Below are positions 28,654-40,300 of a stretch of 64,000 nucleotides of DNA, piece by piece (within the stretch, counting starts at the first letter, position 1; each line of letters starts with the position of its first letter). The DNA is from Gemmatimonas sp. Lineage in GTDB: Bacteria; Gemmatimonadota; Gemmatimonadetes; Gemmatimonadales; Gemmatimonadaceae. The position numbers and the translations under genes were made by a program. The notes under the pieces were generated by a model. That model ran no database searches. It had not been told where the DNA came from and saw only the letters and a program-made list of their open reading frames with translations. The DNA lies in contig OZ257156.1 in the NCBI GenBank assembly GCA_965279375.1, positions 768,001 through 832,000 on the forward strand, in the 5' to 3' direction.

Positions 28654-30123
28654 TCAGTGGCCGCCGCTGCCGTGGGCGTCGGTCAGGTCGATCCCGATCA
28701 CGGTGACGACGATGTTGCGGTGATGCGCATCCTCCACGAAGGTCGCCAGCACCTCTTTCACGTCGTGGTCGATGTACTCGCCGGTGCCGTCGATGATCAC
28801 CTCTTCACCGTCATCCACCTCGTCGAGCGTGGAGACGATGCCCGGCTTCGAGACGAAGGTCCCGTCCCGCCGAAATCGCATGCGCCAGATACCGGCGTCG
28901 TCCTTGACGGCCACCACGGCCTGCTTCGAGTTCTCGTACAGCACGAAACAGATGCCGGTGACGATCCCGACGATGACGCCCTTGAGCAGATCGAGGGTGA
29001 GCACGGCGGCCACCGTGACCGCGAACGGCAACAGCTGCGTGATGCCGAGCTTCACCTGCGTGCTGAAGAGGGCCGGCTTGCACAGGTTGAGCCCCACCTG
29101 AATGAGCACCGCCGCGAGACAGGCGAGTGGAATCAGCTTGAGCAGCGGACCGGCAAAGAGCACCGCCACCAGCAGCAACCCCCCGTGGACGAGCGCTGAG
29201 AGGCGCTCGCGCGCGCCGGCCGTGACGTTGGCTCCGCTGCGTACGATCACCGCGGTGACCGGCAAGCCGCCCAGAAATCCCGACACCATGTTCGCCGTCC
29301 CCTGCGCCAACAGCTCGCGATCCAGCGGACTGTGCCGCTTGAGCGGGTCCAGCCGATCGATTGCCTGCAGCGACAGCAGCGTCTCGATGCTGGCCACGAT
29401 CGCGACGGTTCCGGCGGTCGTCCACACGTCGAGGCTGGTGATGGCGCCGAAATCCGGACGCGGCAGTGCGCGGTACAGCGCACCGATGCCGCCCAGCGGC
29501 ACGTTCACGAATTGCGCGGGCGAGAGCGCCAACGCTGCGTGGCCGCGCAATGCCACCGCCAGCCCGCTCGCGACGAGTACGACCACCAGCGCCGGCGAAA
29601 TGAGCCGGTGCTTCGCAAAGGGTGTGAACTTCCACCCGTACAGAATCAGCAGCGACATCGCTGCGATCAGGGTCGCGCCGGCGTTCATCTGATCCTTGAT
29701 GAGCGCGAGTCCGCCGCTCACGCCGAACGCCACGGGTAACTGCTTGAGCACGATGGTGATGCCGATCGCCGCGAGCATCCCCTTGATGACGGCCGTCGGC
29801 ACCAAGGCCGCGAAGCGTCCCGACCGCAGCGCGCCCAGCACGAGCTGCATCCCGCCCGCGAGGATTGTCGCCAGGAGCAGCGCTTGAATGCCGCCCGGCT
29901 TCTGCGATTCCACCAGCACGATGGACGTCAGCCCGGCCGCGGGCCCAGACACCGACAGCGGTGACCGGCTGATGAGGGGCACCACCAGCCCACCCACAAT
30001 GCCCGCCACGAGCCCCGACACCGGCGGCATGCCGCACGCGATGGCAATGCCAAGACAGAGCGGCAACGCGACCAGGAAGACGACCGCTCCAGCGACGAGG
30101 TCTTCCTTCGGGTGGCCGAACAT
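28654..30123 (-). CDS. SulP family inorganic anion (bicarbonate/sulfate) transporter
   Basis: VFLVALPLCLGIAIA, VSGPAAGL, IETLLS, RELLAQG and GGLPVTAVIVRS motifs. Confidence 0.9.
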   Translation of the reverse strand: MFGHPKEDLVAGAVVFLVALPLCLGIAIACGMPPVSGLVAGIVGGLVVPLISRSPLSVSGPAAGLTSIVLVESQKPGGIQALLLATILAGGMQLVLGALRSGRFAALVPTAVIKGMLAAIGITIVLKQLPVAFGVSGGLALIKDQMNAGATLIAAMSLLILYGWKFTPFAKHRLISPALVVVLVASGLAVALRGHAALALSPAQFVNVPLGGIGALYRALPRPDFGAITSLDVWTTAGTVAIVASIETLLSLQAIDRLDPLKRHSPLDRELLAQGTANMVSGFLGGLPVTAVIVRSGANVTAGARERLSALVHGGLLLVAVLFAGPLLKLIPLACLAAVLIQVGLNLCKPALFSTQVKLGITQLLPFAVTVAAVLTLDLLKGVIVGIVTGICFVLYENSKQAVVAVKDDAGIWRMRFRRDGTFVSKPGIVSTLDEVDDGEEVIIDGTGEYIDHDVKEVLATFVEDAHHRNIVVTVIGIDLTDAHGSGGH

Positions 30124-30267
30124 CGAGGGGTGACGATGCATGCGAGCGTGTCTGAGGCGAGCCATCTCACGCTGCGATTCCCGCCAGCGTGGCACATCCT
30201 TCCATGCGCACCCTATTCTTTCTCACACACGACTGCAACTACACGCCTTCATTCGGTCCGGACTCGC

Positions 30268-31107
30268 ATGAACGACCTCACGATCCACAATGGCGACCTT
30301 GCGCTCGCTGCATCCGTCTTCGGCGCCCCGGACGCGCCCCCTGTGCTGCTGCTGCACGGTATCAGCAACAGTCGGGATGTGTGGTATGACTGGGCGGTCG
30401 AACTGCAGGATCGCTACCGCGTCTTCACGCTGGATTTCCGCGGACATGGCCATTCGGCGCGTGCGCCGCGCTATTCCATCGAGGACTACGTGTCCGACGC
30501 GGCAGCGGTCCTCGACGTCATCGGCGTTCCCACGCGTGTCGTCGGCCACTCGCTCGGCGGCGTTGTGTCGGGCGTCCTCGCGCAGCGCGGCCACCCGCTC
30601 ATGCACTCGGCGCTGCTGGTGGACCCGGCCTGGTACTTCGGCATCGAAGCGGAATTCCAGCGCACGGTCTATCCACGTCGTTTCGCGCTGCTGACCGGCC
30701 TTGTCGAGAAGCTGCGGGCAGAGCGAGCGCCGCTGAACGCGTGGGTGGATGCGGTAGCGCATACGCCGCATCCCGCGGGAGGCGTCTTCGCCGACCACAT
30801 GCCCTATCGCCAGCTGTTGAGCCACGGCTCCGCCCTGCATCGGTGGGATGTGGCCGTGCTGCAGCGCTCGATGACGGAGGTCTTCGCGTCGGTGGACTAC
30901 GCCCAGCCGTTCCAGCGGCCAACCCACCTTATTCACTGCGACGACGCGCTAGGCGCGGCGTTCCATCTGCGACACGCCGAGCTGCTGAGCGCGATCAATC
31001 CCGGGCTCGTGGTCACGCACTATGCGGGATCGGACCACTTCCCCCTGCGCACAACGGCATTCGCGCCGCGATTCCGGCGAGACCTGGAGGGGTTTCTTCG
31101 GGCGTAG
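30268..31107 (+). CDS. Alpha/beta fold hydrolase
   Basis: LLLHG, DFRGHGHS, GHSLGG nucleophile elbow, C-terminal His (GSDH). Confidence 0.85.
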   Translation: MNDLTIHNGDLALAASVFGAPDAPPVLLLHGISNSRDVWYDWAVELQDRYRVFTLDFRGHGHSARAPRYSIEDYVSDAAAVLDVIGVPTRVVGHSLGGVVSGVLAQRGHPLMHSALLVDPAWYFGIEAEFQRTVYPRRFALLTGLVEKLRAERAPLNAWVDAVAHTPHPAGGVFADHMPYRQLLSHGSALHRWDVAVLQRSMTEVFASVDYAQPFQRPTHLIHCDDALGAAFHLRHAELLSAINPGLVVTHYAGSDHFPLRTTAFAPRFRRDLEGFLRA

Positions 31108-31189
31108 CGGTCGGAGCGCCAGAAGGACCCTGGCCGCCCGAACCGGGCTGCCACCTCGCTGAAACCGCCCGAAACCCCGTTGCGTAGGC

Positions 31190-31219
31190 TGATACTGAAG
31201 TGATATCACTTCACTATCA
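31190..31219. promoter_or_regulatory. Palindromic operator upstream of the SPFH-Arc operon
   Basis: TGATAcTGAAGTGATATCACTTCAcTATCA: perfect 18-bp core, 30 bp with one mismatched pair. Confidence 0.7.
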
Positions 31220-31240
31220 CACCCCTCCACGAGGATTTCG

Positions 31241-32110
31241 ATGCTTCGCGAAACCGATGCCCGTCCCACAGCGGGTATTCCCGTAGCGCTTCTGCTGGTC
31301 GCTGGCTTTGCCGCCAGCCTTTACGTCCTGATCACCGGTATCGATTCCGGTCAGAAGTTGATGGCCGCCGGTGGTGCGCTGCTGCTGCTCACCTGCACCG
31401 TGATGACCGCGGGCTTCTTCATGGTGTCGCCCAACGAAGGCAAGGCGCTCACCCTCTTTGGCAACTACAAGGGGACCGTGCGCACGTCGGGGCTCTGGTA
31501 CACGAACCCGTTCATGACCAAGAAGGGGATCTCGCTCCGCGTACGGAACTTCGAGACGGCCAAGCTCAAGGTGAACGATGCCCGGTCGAACCCGGTGGAG
31601 ATCGGCGCCATCGTGGTCTGGAAGGTGATCGACACGGCCGAAGCGATGTTCGAAGTGAACGACTACGTCGAGTACGTGTCGATGCAGAGTGAGTCGGCGT
31701 TGCGTGCACTGGCCACGGCGTATCCGTACGACAACCATGGTTCCGATGACGTCGCGCTGAGCACGCACACCACGGAAGTGTCCAAGGCGCTTATGGACGC
31801 GTTGCACGAGCGCTTTGCGAAGGCCGGCGTGGAAGTGATCGAAGCGCGCATCAGCCACTTGGCGTATGCGCAGGAGATCGCGGCGGCGATGTTGCAGCGA
31901 CAGCAGGCCGGTGCCATAGTCGCGGCGCGTCAGACGATCGTGGAAGGCGCGGTCGGTATGGTGGAGATGGCGCTCGACTCGTTGTCGGCGCGGCAGATCG
32001 TTACGCTGGACGACGAACGCAAAGCGGCGATGGTGAGCAACCTGCTGGTGGTGCTGTGCTCGGATCGGGCGGCACAGCCGGTCGTGAACACGGGCACGCT
32101 GTACAGCTGA
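31241..32110 (+). CDS. SPFH (band 7) domain membrane protein
   Basis: Two N-terminal TM helices; [36 protein letters not shown] and [10 protein letters not shown] motifs. Confidence 0.9.
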   Translation: MLRETDARPTAGIPVALLLVAGFAASLYVLITGIDSGQKLMAAGGALLLLTCTVMTAGFFMVSPNEGKALTLFGNYKGTVRTSGLWYTNPFMTKKGISLRVRNFETAKLKVNDARSNPVEIGAIVVWKVIDTAEAMFEVNDYVEYVSMQSESALRALATAYPYDNHGSDDVALSTHTTEVSKALMDALHERFAKAGVEVIEARISHLAYAQEIAAAMLQRQQAGAIVAARQTIVEGAVGMVEMALDSLSARQIVTLDDERKAAMVSNLLVVLCSDRAAQPVVNTGTLYS

Positions 32111-32140
32111 TGCGGGCCACTGACAGGCGGGCAAATCGTC

Positions 32141-32335
32141 ATGGCTGAACGGAAGTCCTTCCTGTTGCGCGTGGACCGCGAGCTGCTCGACGCGGTCCAG
32201 CGCTGGGCCAATGACGATCTGCGCAGCCTGAATGGCCAGATCGAGTTTCTCCTGCGGCGCGCGCTCAAGGACGAAGGGCGCGCGCCGCGCGTCGTCGCGT
32301 CAGACGACTCCTCCGATTCCCGAGACCAAGCATGA
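32141..32335 (+). CDS. Arc-like ribbon-helix-helix DNA-binding protein
   Basis: RKSFLLRVD...[21 protein letters not shown]. Confidence 0.85.
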   Translation: MAERKSFLLRVDRELLDAVQRWANDDLRSLNGQIEFLLRRALKDEGRAPRVVASDDSSDSRDQA

Positions 32336-33888
32336 AGTCATATCTCGTGTGCGCACTGCTGCTCTCCGCGCTGCTGCTACCACACACCGCGCACGCGCAG
32401 CGCGCGACCTATCTCTATCTACGCGGCACAGACACGCTGGGCACCGAGACGCTGCAGATCTCGGACACCGGTGCCGTCGGCGTGCTGGCCATGAAGGGAC
32501 AGCCGCGCGTCGAATGGCTGCAGCGACGCAACAACAGCACCCTCGGCGGCATCATGCTGCGCGCGTATGGCGTGGGCTCCACGACGCCGATGCAGGTCGC
32601 GTCCATCGTGATGCAAGGCGACAGTGCGATCGCGGAGATCGAAGGCGGCGGACGCACGATGACTCAGCGCATCGCGTCGAAAGCGGGCGCGCTGCCATTG
32701 GTGAATCAATCGGTGCTGCACATGGTGTTGCTGTCGGGGTTGATGAACAGTCGGCACGTCTCGTCGTTCGACGTCCTGCTTGCGTCGGGCGCGCAGACGA
32801 TGCCGATGACGACGTCAACCGTTGGCGACACGCTGTTGATCTCCCTCGCCGGATTGCAGGCGCGCGCGTGGTCGCTCAAGGAGCAGATGCCGTCGCTGAT
32901 CACCACATCGCAGGGGATTCGCGTCGTGCGTGCAGATGGTGTGGCGCCCGGTGCTGCGGCCGCGATGGCGCGCTACAACTACGACGCACCGGCCAACGCG
33001 CCGTACACTGCAGAGCATGTGCGCATCCCAACCGGTCGCGGATACGAGTTGGCGGCAACGCTCACGAAGCCCAAGGGCGTTGCCAAGGTGCCGGTGGTGG
33101 TGACGATCAGCGGCAGCGGGCCACAGGAGCGTGATTCACGCATTTCGCTGGTGCCTGAGTACGCGATCTTCCGGCAGATCGCCGACACGCTGGGACGACG
33201 TGGCATCGCCGTGCTGCGCTTCGACGATCGCGCGGTTGGAGAATCGGGCGGCATGGACGGCGCCACCAAAGCCACGACCGCCGACGCGGCGAATGATGTC
33301 CGCTCGATCGTCGCGTGGCTGCGGACGCGGCCCGACGTCGATGGCACTCGTATCGCCCTGGCCGGTCACAGCGAAGGGGGCATCATCGCGCCGATGGTCG
33401 CTTCGACGGACCCGGCACTCAAGGCGATCGCGCTGCTGGCAGGCACGGCCTACGACGGGCGTCGCGTGCTCAACTTCCAGATCGGCGCACAGGTCCCGAT
33501 ACCCGCGGGCGCCACACCAGCCAAGCGCGACTCGGTGTCGCGTCAGGTGACGAGCGTGATCGATTCGATCGCGGCGTCGAACGCGTGGATGGGCTTCTTC
33601 GTCTCCTACAATCCGCTCAAGACGATCCGTCTGGTGAAACAGCCAGTGCTGATCCTGCAGGGCGAAACGGATCGCCAGGTGACACCCGAGCAGGCGGACA
33701 CGCTCGCGGTTGCGTTGCGCGCCGCCGGCAACCGTCGCGTGCTGGTGCAGAAGTTTCCGGCGACGAATCACCTGATGCTCGTGGATCCGTCTGGCGCGCC
33801 GGCGGGCTATACCTCGCTCAAAAATCCGCGAGTACGACCCGCGGTACTTGGCGCACTGGCCGACTGGGCGGTCAGCACGCTCAAGTAG
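32332..33888 (+). CDS. Secreted alpha/beta hydrolase (peptidase S9-like)
   Basis: Signal peptide; [24 protein letters not shown] and NHL catalytic motifs; ATGA overlap with the RHH gene. Confidence 0.85.
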   Translation: MKSYLVCALLLSALLLPHTAHAQRATYLYLRGTDTLGTETLQISDTGAVGVLAMKGQPRVEWLQRRNNSTLGGIMLRAYGVGSTTPMQVASIVMQGDSAIAEIEGGGRTMTQRIASKAGALPLVNQSVLHMVLLSGLMNSRHVSSFDVLLASGAQTMPMTTSTVGDTLLISLAGLQARAWSLKEQMPSLITTSQGIRVVRADGVAPGAAAAMARYNYDAPANAPYTAEHVRIPTGRGYELAATLTKPKGVAKVPVVVTISGSGPQERDSRISLVPEYAIFRQIADTLGRRGIAVLRFDDRAVGESGGMDGATKATTADAANDVRSIVAWLRTRPDVDGTRIALAGHSEGGIIAPMVASTDPALKAIALLAGTAYDGRRVLNFQIGAQVPIPAGATPAKRDSVSRQVTSVIDSIAASNAWMGFFVSYNPLKTIRLVKQPVLILQGETDRQVTPEQADTLAVALRAAGNRRVLVQKFPATNHLMLVDPSGAPAGYTSLKNPRVRPAVLGALADWAVSTLK

Positions 33889-33922
33889 TGCGCGGCGAAT
33901 CGTCGTGCCGCCAAGGCACAGC

Positions 33923-36900
33923 CTAGAACTTGCGAACGATGCGCATGCCCACGTGATGCGAGCCGAGCACCAGATCGCGCAGTGTGGCACCGGGTAGCGA
34001 TAGCACGGACACGGGGTCGGCGATGGAAGAAGCGACCGCGAGCAGCAGGTAGTGACTCGCGCCGGCCCCTCGAAAGTCGATGGGGAATGCCACTGAACGC
34101 GAGGTGCGCGCGTCGAGTGGCAACGATGGACGACGTCTCGGCACCGCAAGGGTCACCGGCTGCATGGACAACGCGCTGTTCCAGGCGGCCGGCGCTGCAG
34201 CCGTGAGCAGATTGGTCATCGCCAGCTTGAGCGCGTCGCTAATGCCCACCGCCGCCCACTCCTCGGCCGATGCGGGCACCGGCGTGATGAACAAGGCGAC
34301 ATTGATGTCCGTCGCCGCGATCTCCGAGAGCTCGTACGTGTGGAGCAGGACGTGCGCGGTGAACACCGCATTGCTGACCGGCGTGACGGCCGCATAGCTG
34401 CCGAGCGGCGCCACGAGGTGCACATCGCGATCGCCCAACGTTGGCGGCGTTTTCGTGTCGAGTGCGACGGTCGTGCTGTTCGGATCGAAGACCTCCAGAA
34501 AGTCCGCCTCGGTGGGATTGCCGCCCCTCCACGGCGACGGTGCGAACGCATCGACGATCCGAATGTCCGGCGAGATGTACCACGGCCACTCCGCGTTCTC
34601 CGCCACCGTGGGACTGACGAGATTCGCCACGGTCAGGCGTCTGGCGTCGTTGGGACTCGAGCGCACAAAGACGCGGTTCAACGGCTTGGGAGACGCGCTC
34701 AAGTCGAGCTCCCACACGCCGCGTGACTGAATCGTCGCACGCAGCATCTTCACGTTGTCGCGCGGCCCGAACAGCGAGAGGTCCTGCACAGGCGCTTCGG
34801 GTAATCCGTTATCCAACGGTTCCCACAACCACAGGGGATCGGCGCCCGTGGTGTCGCGCTCACCGCGCCAGACGCCGAGTGCCGTGCCCACGTAGACGAT
34901 GTCGCGATTGTCGGGGTCGACGAGCACGGCAAACGCCGGTGCGGTCACACCGGTGCTGTCCGTCGCGTCGTCGTTGCGCAGTCCGGTCGACCACCACTTT
35001 CCGTCGCCGTCGTACCACCAGAGCGTGTCCATGCGATCGGACTCGGTGACGTCGTTGTCATCGAGCGTGGCATGCCCGGTGCAGGCGACGTAGCAGCTCG
35101 TGGAGCCGGGCGTGGGATCGTCGAGTATGAGATCGCTCCACGTACCAAGCGGCGGCAGATAGTCTGACGACGGCAGTTCGATGTCGCTGTTCTCGTAGTC
35201 GCCGCACACGCTTTCGGTCTTGGTCAGACTTTCCTTGGACCAGCGGACGCCGGCCCCGTTCGCAGGCGGAGTGAAGACGATGATCCCGCGCTCGTACAGC
35301 ACGAACAGTCGACCATCCGGGTGCCACCGCGGCGCGATGACTTTCCCGAGTTCGACATCGAAGACGTCCGTGCCGTTGTCGCGTGGATTGCGAGCGCGCG
35401 GATCGATCCCTGACGGAAGGGTCTTCCACGTATTGGCAACTTTCCCACTTGGCGTCCAGTCCTCGGAGATCCAGACGCGGTTCGTGCCGATGGCGATGCG
35501 CGCGTTCACACTCCCGGGGGCAACCGGCATCACGTCCACGCCGGAGTAGAACGACGCAATGTCATCCTCCTTCTCCTGACTGTCCTTCCCGACACCGTTT
35601 CGCATCACCGGCGGAGCGAGTGTCCCCGTACCGTCGGCTAACTCTGCGCCAGACCTCCAGGCAGCGCTGGTGTATTGCCCGATGAAGTAGCGCGAGGAGG
35701 TGGGGTGGAACGCGACGCCGCCACCATCACCGCCGATACCCTGCGTGTGCATCCAGACGGAGTGCCCCACGCGTTGCACGACGCCGTTGTCCTGCGTACC
35801 GAGAATCACGAAGTGGTCGTTCGTCGGATGCGACGCGACAAATCCGCCTTCGAGCACGGCGAGGCCGACGTTGCACGATGTGTACGAGCCCAATCGATCG
35901 GCCGTCGTGGATCGGAAGACGCCGCCATCGCACGCGATCCATCCGTGCAGTTCGGTGCCGACCTTCACGAGACAGATGCGATGCACATCGGCATGGACGC
36001 CGGCTCCCAGATAGGTGCTGTCGTCGCCCGGTTTGTCCTGATTGACAGCGCCGAAACCAAAACTGGGCTTGAGCGCGGCGTTGAGGCTCAGCACCGAGCG
36101 AAAAAGCGAGGCACTCCACTCGCCCCCGGACATCGTGGCGGAGCCGCCGATGAAGACGCGGAGCGCGTTGTCCGGGTCCACCGCCACGGCGATGTTGTGA
36201 AAGGCGGAATTCGATCCGTTGCTTTTCTTGCCGAACAGCAGCTCGGGCACGTCGAGCACCTGCTCTGCCGACGGCTTGTCGTTGTTCGGGAAGCTGATGC
36301 GATGCAGCGTTGGTCCTGCACCCAACACGAAGGCGCGCGACGCCGACTCATTCGCCGTCAGCGCGATGCGTCCGGCCTTGAGCCCGGGCAGCGCGATCCG
36401 TTCGAACGGGCCAGCGATGCCGCTGTCCGAGCAGAACACGCCCTGCGTGGTACCGTACAGGGCCACCACGAGCCCATTGGTGACGCCCTTCATCCAGACC
36501 ACGTCGCAGGCCAAAGTGTGATCGTCGGCGTCGAAGTCGAGCGGACCGCTGTCGATGCGATCCCACTCCGCTTCGGCAACGAAGGGGCGACTGCGGGTGA
36601 AGACGCCGGCCGTCGTGGCCGCGATCATCGTGTCAGGGTCGTTGGGATCGCGCGCCAAACGAAAAATGCCGAACCCTGAAAGCTCCGGTGCTTCGCGCGC
36701 CCAGTGATTGGCGAACGGATTCGCGATGGCCTGTGTGATCGTGCTGCTCAGCCGCAGGATGCCCACACCACCGTTCTCCGCACCTGGCATTCCCGGCTGG
36801 ACCGGCAGGCGTTCGCCCGTGCCGACGTATACCACGTCGCGATCCGGATCATCGGCGAATCGACTGGGATCGTCGAGCGGCACCGTGACATCTTCGATGA

Positions 36901-37360
36901 CGCCAAAGTTGACGAGCAAGCAACCGCAGGTTAGGGCTGATTGTGCGACACGCGTGGACAGCGCGTCTTGCGGGGTGGGCAACCAATTGCCCACCGGCGA
37001 CCACGTCGCGCCGGAGTCTGCCGTGTACCACACGCCGCCGTTGCCGCTCGCTGCGTAGGCGCGGCGTCCGGTGGGGCTCACCGCCAGATCGCGAATGCGT
37101 CCGGCCACGCGCGGGTTGTTGGACGCCTGTCCCTTGAGCACCACCGACGGACCGATGGGCGCCCAGAGATCGGTACGACCCTGCGGCGCACGCGACGCGG
37201 CGGCGCGCGCGGTGCGGCGCTCCTGCGCACTGCGTCGTGCGGCCCGGGCGTTCGCGACATCCTGCTCGGTCACGATGCCGTTGGTCGCGGCGTTCCACTC
37301 TGCGCGCCGTGCCGGCCGATCAGGATTCTTGCGCTTGCGCGGCCACTCGTAGCGACTCAT
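33923..37360 (-). CDS. Beta-propeller (BNR/VPS10-like) protein without signal peptide; last gene of the DUF6603-like operon
   Basis: WAPIGPS, GGVWYTADSGATW, VHADVH, CDGGVFRS, GTQDNG, GGDGG, VYVGTALGVWR, LDNGLP and RGVWE motifs; ATGA overlap at 37357-60. Confidence 0.75.
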   Translation of the reverse strand: MSRYEWPRKRKNPDRPARRAEWNAATNGIVTEQDVANARAARRSAQERRTARAAASRAPQGRTDLWAPIGPSVVLKGQASNNPRVAGRIRDLAVSPTGRRAYAASGNGGVWYTADSGATWSPVGNWLPTPQDALSTRVAQSALTCGCLLVNFGVIEDVTVPLDDPSRFADDPDRDVVYVGTGERLPVQPGMPGAENGGVGILRLSSTITQAIANPFANHWAREAPELSGFGIFRLARDPNDPDTMIAATTAGVFTRSRPFVAEAEWDRIDSGPLDFDADDHTLACDVVWMKGVTNGLVVALYGTTQGVFCSDSGIAGPFERIALPGLKAGRIALTANESASRAFVLGAGPTLHRISFPNNDKPSAEQVLDVPELLFGKKSNGSNSAFHNIAVAVDPDNALRVFIGGSATMSGGEWSASLFRSVLSLNAALKPSFGFGAVNQDKPGDDSTYLGAGVHADVHRICLVKVGTELHGWIACDGGVFRSTTADRLGSYTSCNVGLAVLEGGFVASHPTNDHFVILGTQDNGVVQRVGHSVWMHTQGIGGDGGGVAFHPTSSRYFIGQYTSAAWRSGAELADGTGTLAPPVMRNGVGKDSQEKEDDIASFYSGVDVMPVAPGSVNARIAIGTNRVWISEDWTPSGKVANTWKTLPSGIDPRARNPRDNGTDVFDVELGKVIAPRWHPDGRLFVLYERGIIVFTPPANGAGVRWSKESLTKTESVCGDYENSDIELPSSDYLPPLGTWSDLILDDPTPGSTSCYVACTGHATLDDNDVTESDRMDTLWWYDGDGKWWSTGLRNDDATDSTGVTAPAFAVLVDPDNRDIVYVGTALGVWRGERDTTGADPLWLWEPLDNGLPEAPVQDLSLFGPRDNVKMLRATIQSRGVWELDLSASPKPLNRVFVRSSPNDARRLTVANLVSPTVAENAEWPWYISPDIRIVDAFAPSPWRGGNPTEADFLEVFDPNSTTVALDTKTPPTLGDRDVHLVAPLGSYAAVTPVSNAVFTAHVLLHTYELSEIAATDINVALFITPVPASAEEWAAVGISDALKLAMTNLLTAAAPAAWNSALSMQPVTLAVPRRRPSLPLDARTSRSVAFPIDFRGAGASHYLLLAVASSIADPVSVLSLPGATLRDLVLGSHHVGMRIVRKF

Positions 37361-40300
37361 GGCGTCTCTCCCGACGCATCTGCGGCCAACGGCATCACCC
37401 GGATGTATCCCTCCTGCACGGTCGACGGCAGCACGGGGAGCAGCGCCGTCTGTGTGGCCGCGAGAATCGGATCGTTCTTCCATGTGAACGGCGTATCGCG
37501 CCGTGTCCACTGCTGATCCACGGGGAACGCCGAGACTTTCGGAAGCCGCACCTTGTCGGGGTCGATGAGCACCGGACCCACGCGCACAGAAGGCGCCATC
37601 ACGCTCAACCCCGGCTGAATCCAGTCGCGCACCAACTCCACGGACTTCCGCGGGAGAATGCCCGACGTGAGATGCACGCGTCCTCTCGGCAGCATCAGCA
37701 ACGTGAGCTGCAACTGCTGCCCCACGTGCACCTGGATCTCGTCCTCGGCGACAACATACGGATGCGTGATGGGGCTGGGGCTCGGCGCACTATTGGGTCG
37801 CGTCCCCGCGCTGCCGAGTTGATCGAGCTGCCCCACGTTGCTCCCGGACTCCACGGCGAGCGCGCGCACGACCTTGTCCACGACGTGCACGCGTGTGTAG
37901 TCGTCGTTGACGAAGAAGGCGAGCAGCCCGTCGTCGGTGCGAGTAAGCTCACCAAGACGCACGGGGAACGCGCGATCGGCGAGCGCAGCATATGCGGCTT
38001 CGCGTTCCGCGCGTCGCACCGGATCAGCAAGATCGAGTTCGTCGAGATCATCATCGATTTCCAGCCGCAGCGTCGCTCGCACCACCGCGATCGGTCGCCC
38101 GACCAAACCGACGATGTGTTCGCTGCCCATCTGCGCGAACGCGTCGACGGTCCACAGTGTGGTGTCGATGGCGCGGAGTAGCGCGGTGAGCGCAGAGTCC
38201 TCGCGGCGATCGGCGGGCAGTCCGGCGCGCGTTTGCGCATCGGTGGCGACGAGTGCGCTGGCAAAGAGTCCGAGATGACGACTGTTTGGCGCGAGCTCGT
38301 ACAGCGGAGGTGCGTCGGGCGGTCCCGCTCGCCCGGGCGCGATCTCCCACTGTACGCCGCCGCCGATCGGATCGTGCAGCAGCTCACCCAACGGCGTGCC
38401 CGCTGCATCGAAGAGCTCGAGCGATTCGTCGATGTGGTCGGGCAACAGAAATCCAGCCACGGGATTGATCATGCGCGCCGGTTCGATCTGATCGACCGTC
38501 GCTTCGGCGGGCGTGGGCGGGATGAGCAGGCTATCGGGAATGGCAGGATCGACCAGCCGGAGCATCCAACGCGCGGGCCTCAGCAGTCGTGGTGCCAACG
38601 CCAGCGCTTCGGCGCTATCGGGAACGTCGGCGCGAGCGGGGACGCGCACCGGCTGCTTGAGGACATCGAGCGTGCGCCCGAATGCATCGACGATGCGCGC
38701 ACGCGTCAGACGCATCGATCCGCCGAGCAACAACTGCGGAATCGCAATCGGCGCCGGTGGCACGATCGTGCCATCGGGGAGCCGCGTGCTGATGATCCCC
38801 ATGCCGTCGGTCGGGAGTCCGAGCAGCGTGTTCTGCACGCCGTCGAGCGACGCCGTCACGATGTCGAGCGTGTCGATCGCCTCGGCGATGTCGGCGAGCT
38901 GCGCTGCCGTTGCGTCGTCGACTTCGCCCGTGTTGGTCGCATCACGCTGCGTCTCCACCTCCAGCCAGTCGCGAATGGCGGCGGCAAGCGTCGTCGCCGT
39001 GCCGGTGGTAAGTGGTGAGCGGCCGAGCATTGGAGGAAGCGGCGTAGTGGCCAGTGCGTTGGTAGCGACGAAGTCCACCTGATCGAGTTGCCATCCGTCG
39101 AGCCGATCGCTGCTCTCGATCACGGCTTCCCATTCGAGCCAGAGCGGCACCCATGGCTGCGACCATGCCGTCACACCAACGGGATCGGCGTCGACACCCT
39201 TCACCTGCGAATAGCGTCGCAGCTGATCGGTGGTTTGTGTCGCCACGATTCCCGGCGGCGGCGGGACGATGCGCCCCGTGGTTCGCGCCACACTCGCCGA
39301 GCTGAACGCCGTGGTGCGCCCGTCGTAGATGCCATCGGCCCCGAAGCGCAGCGTCGCTTCGGCGGCCATACGCGTTTGAATCACCTTGGACTTCACGCCG
39401 GTGCGAGCGGCCTCTGCCTGCGAGAGCCATGGCACGAAGTACGGATCGGAGATGAGCGCGTTCTGCGCGAGCGTCGTGACCTCGGGTGGAATCGCGCCGC
39501 TCGGCAGCGCGGGGACGTAGGTCCGTCCATCGATCACGCCCTCCACGACGACGGGGACCTGCGACGGCCACCGACATTGCAGCAACCCATCGGGAGAAAA
39601 GCGTCCGTCGTGGCGGTGACGCAGACTGCGTTTGGCATTGCGCACGCCCACGACCGGATCGACGGGCCAGTGATAGCGCGGAGCCGCGCGCTGAACCTCG
39701 CGCACTTCGGCGGTCGGCGTGACAAGCGGCGTCGGCCCCTCCCAGCTGCTCGTTTGCTGACGCAATCCATCGGTCGTACCTGACACGAGATCCTTCTTGC
39801 TGCTGCCCAAGGGCGTGAAGCGCACGCCGGGTGTGGACGCCGTCCCCTTGGTCGGCGGAATCTTGACTGCCTGCTGACTGCGCACGGCGCGACCGGCCGC
39901 CAGAGGGCCGGAGGTGCCACCGGTCCGCAGCCGTTCGATGGGGCCGTCTCCGCCGGGCATCGAGGAGAAGCCGGCTTCGTGTTCCTGCTGCTCCACATCC
40001 ACCAACCCGTCCGGCGTGCCTATGCGATTGAGCACCTGCCCGGTGAACGCAGACAAGACGCGCTCGAGATCGCGGCGCGCGGCATCGTTGGCGCCGAGTC
40101 CTTCGGAGGCCAGCACGGCGGCCACGTCGTCGCCGTGTACGCCGAGCACTGTGTCCACCGCGCCAGCGTTGGGGATCTGATCGACGATGACCGCGCCGGC
40201 GACGGGCACGCCATGCACGACGCCCGAGAGCATCGTGGAGCGCGGCCACCGCGGTTCGGCCGCGACGACTGCACCGGCCTTGTCGACGTAGCGCGATGAT

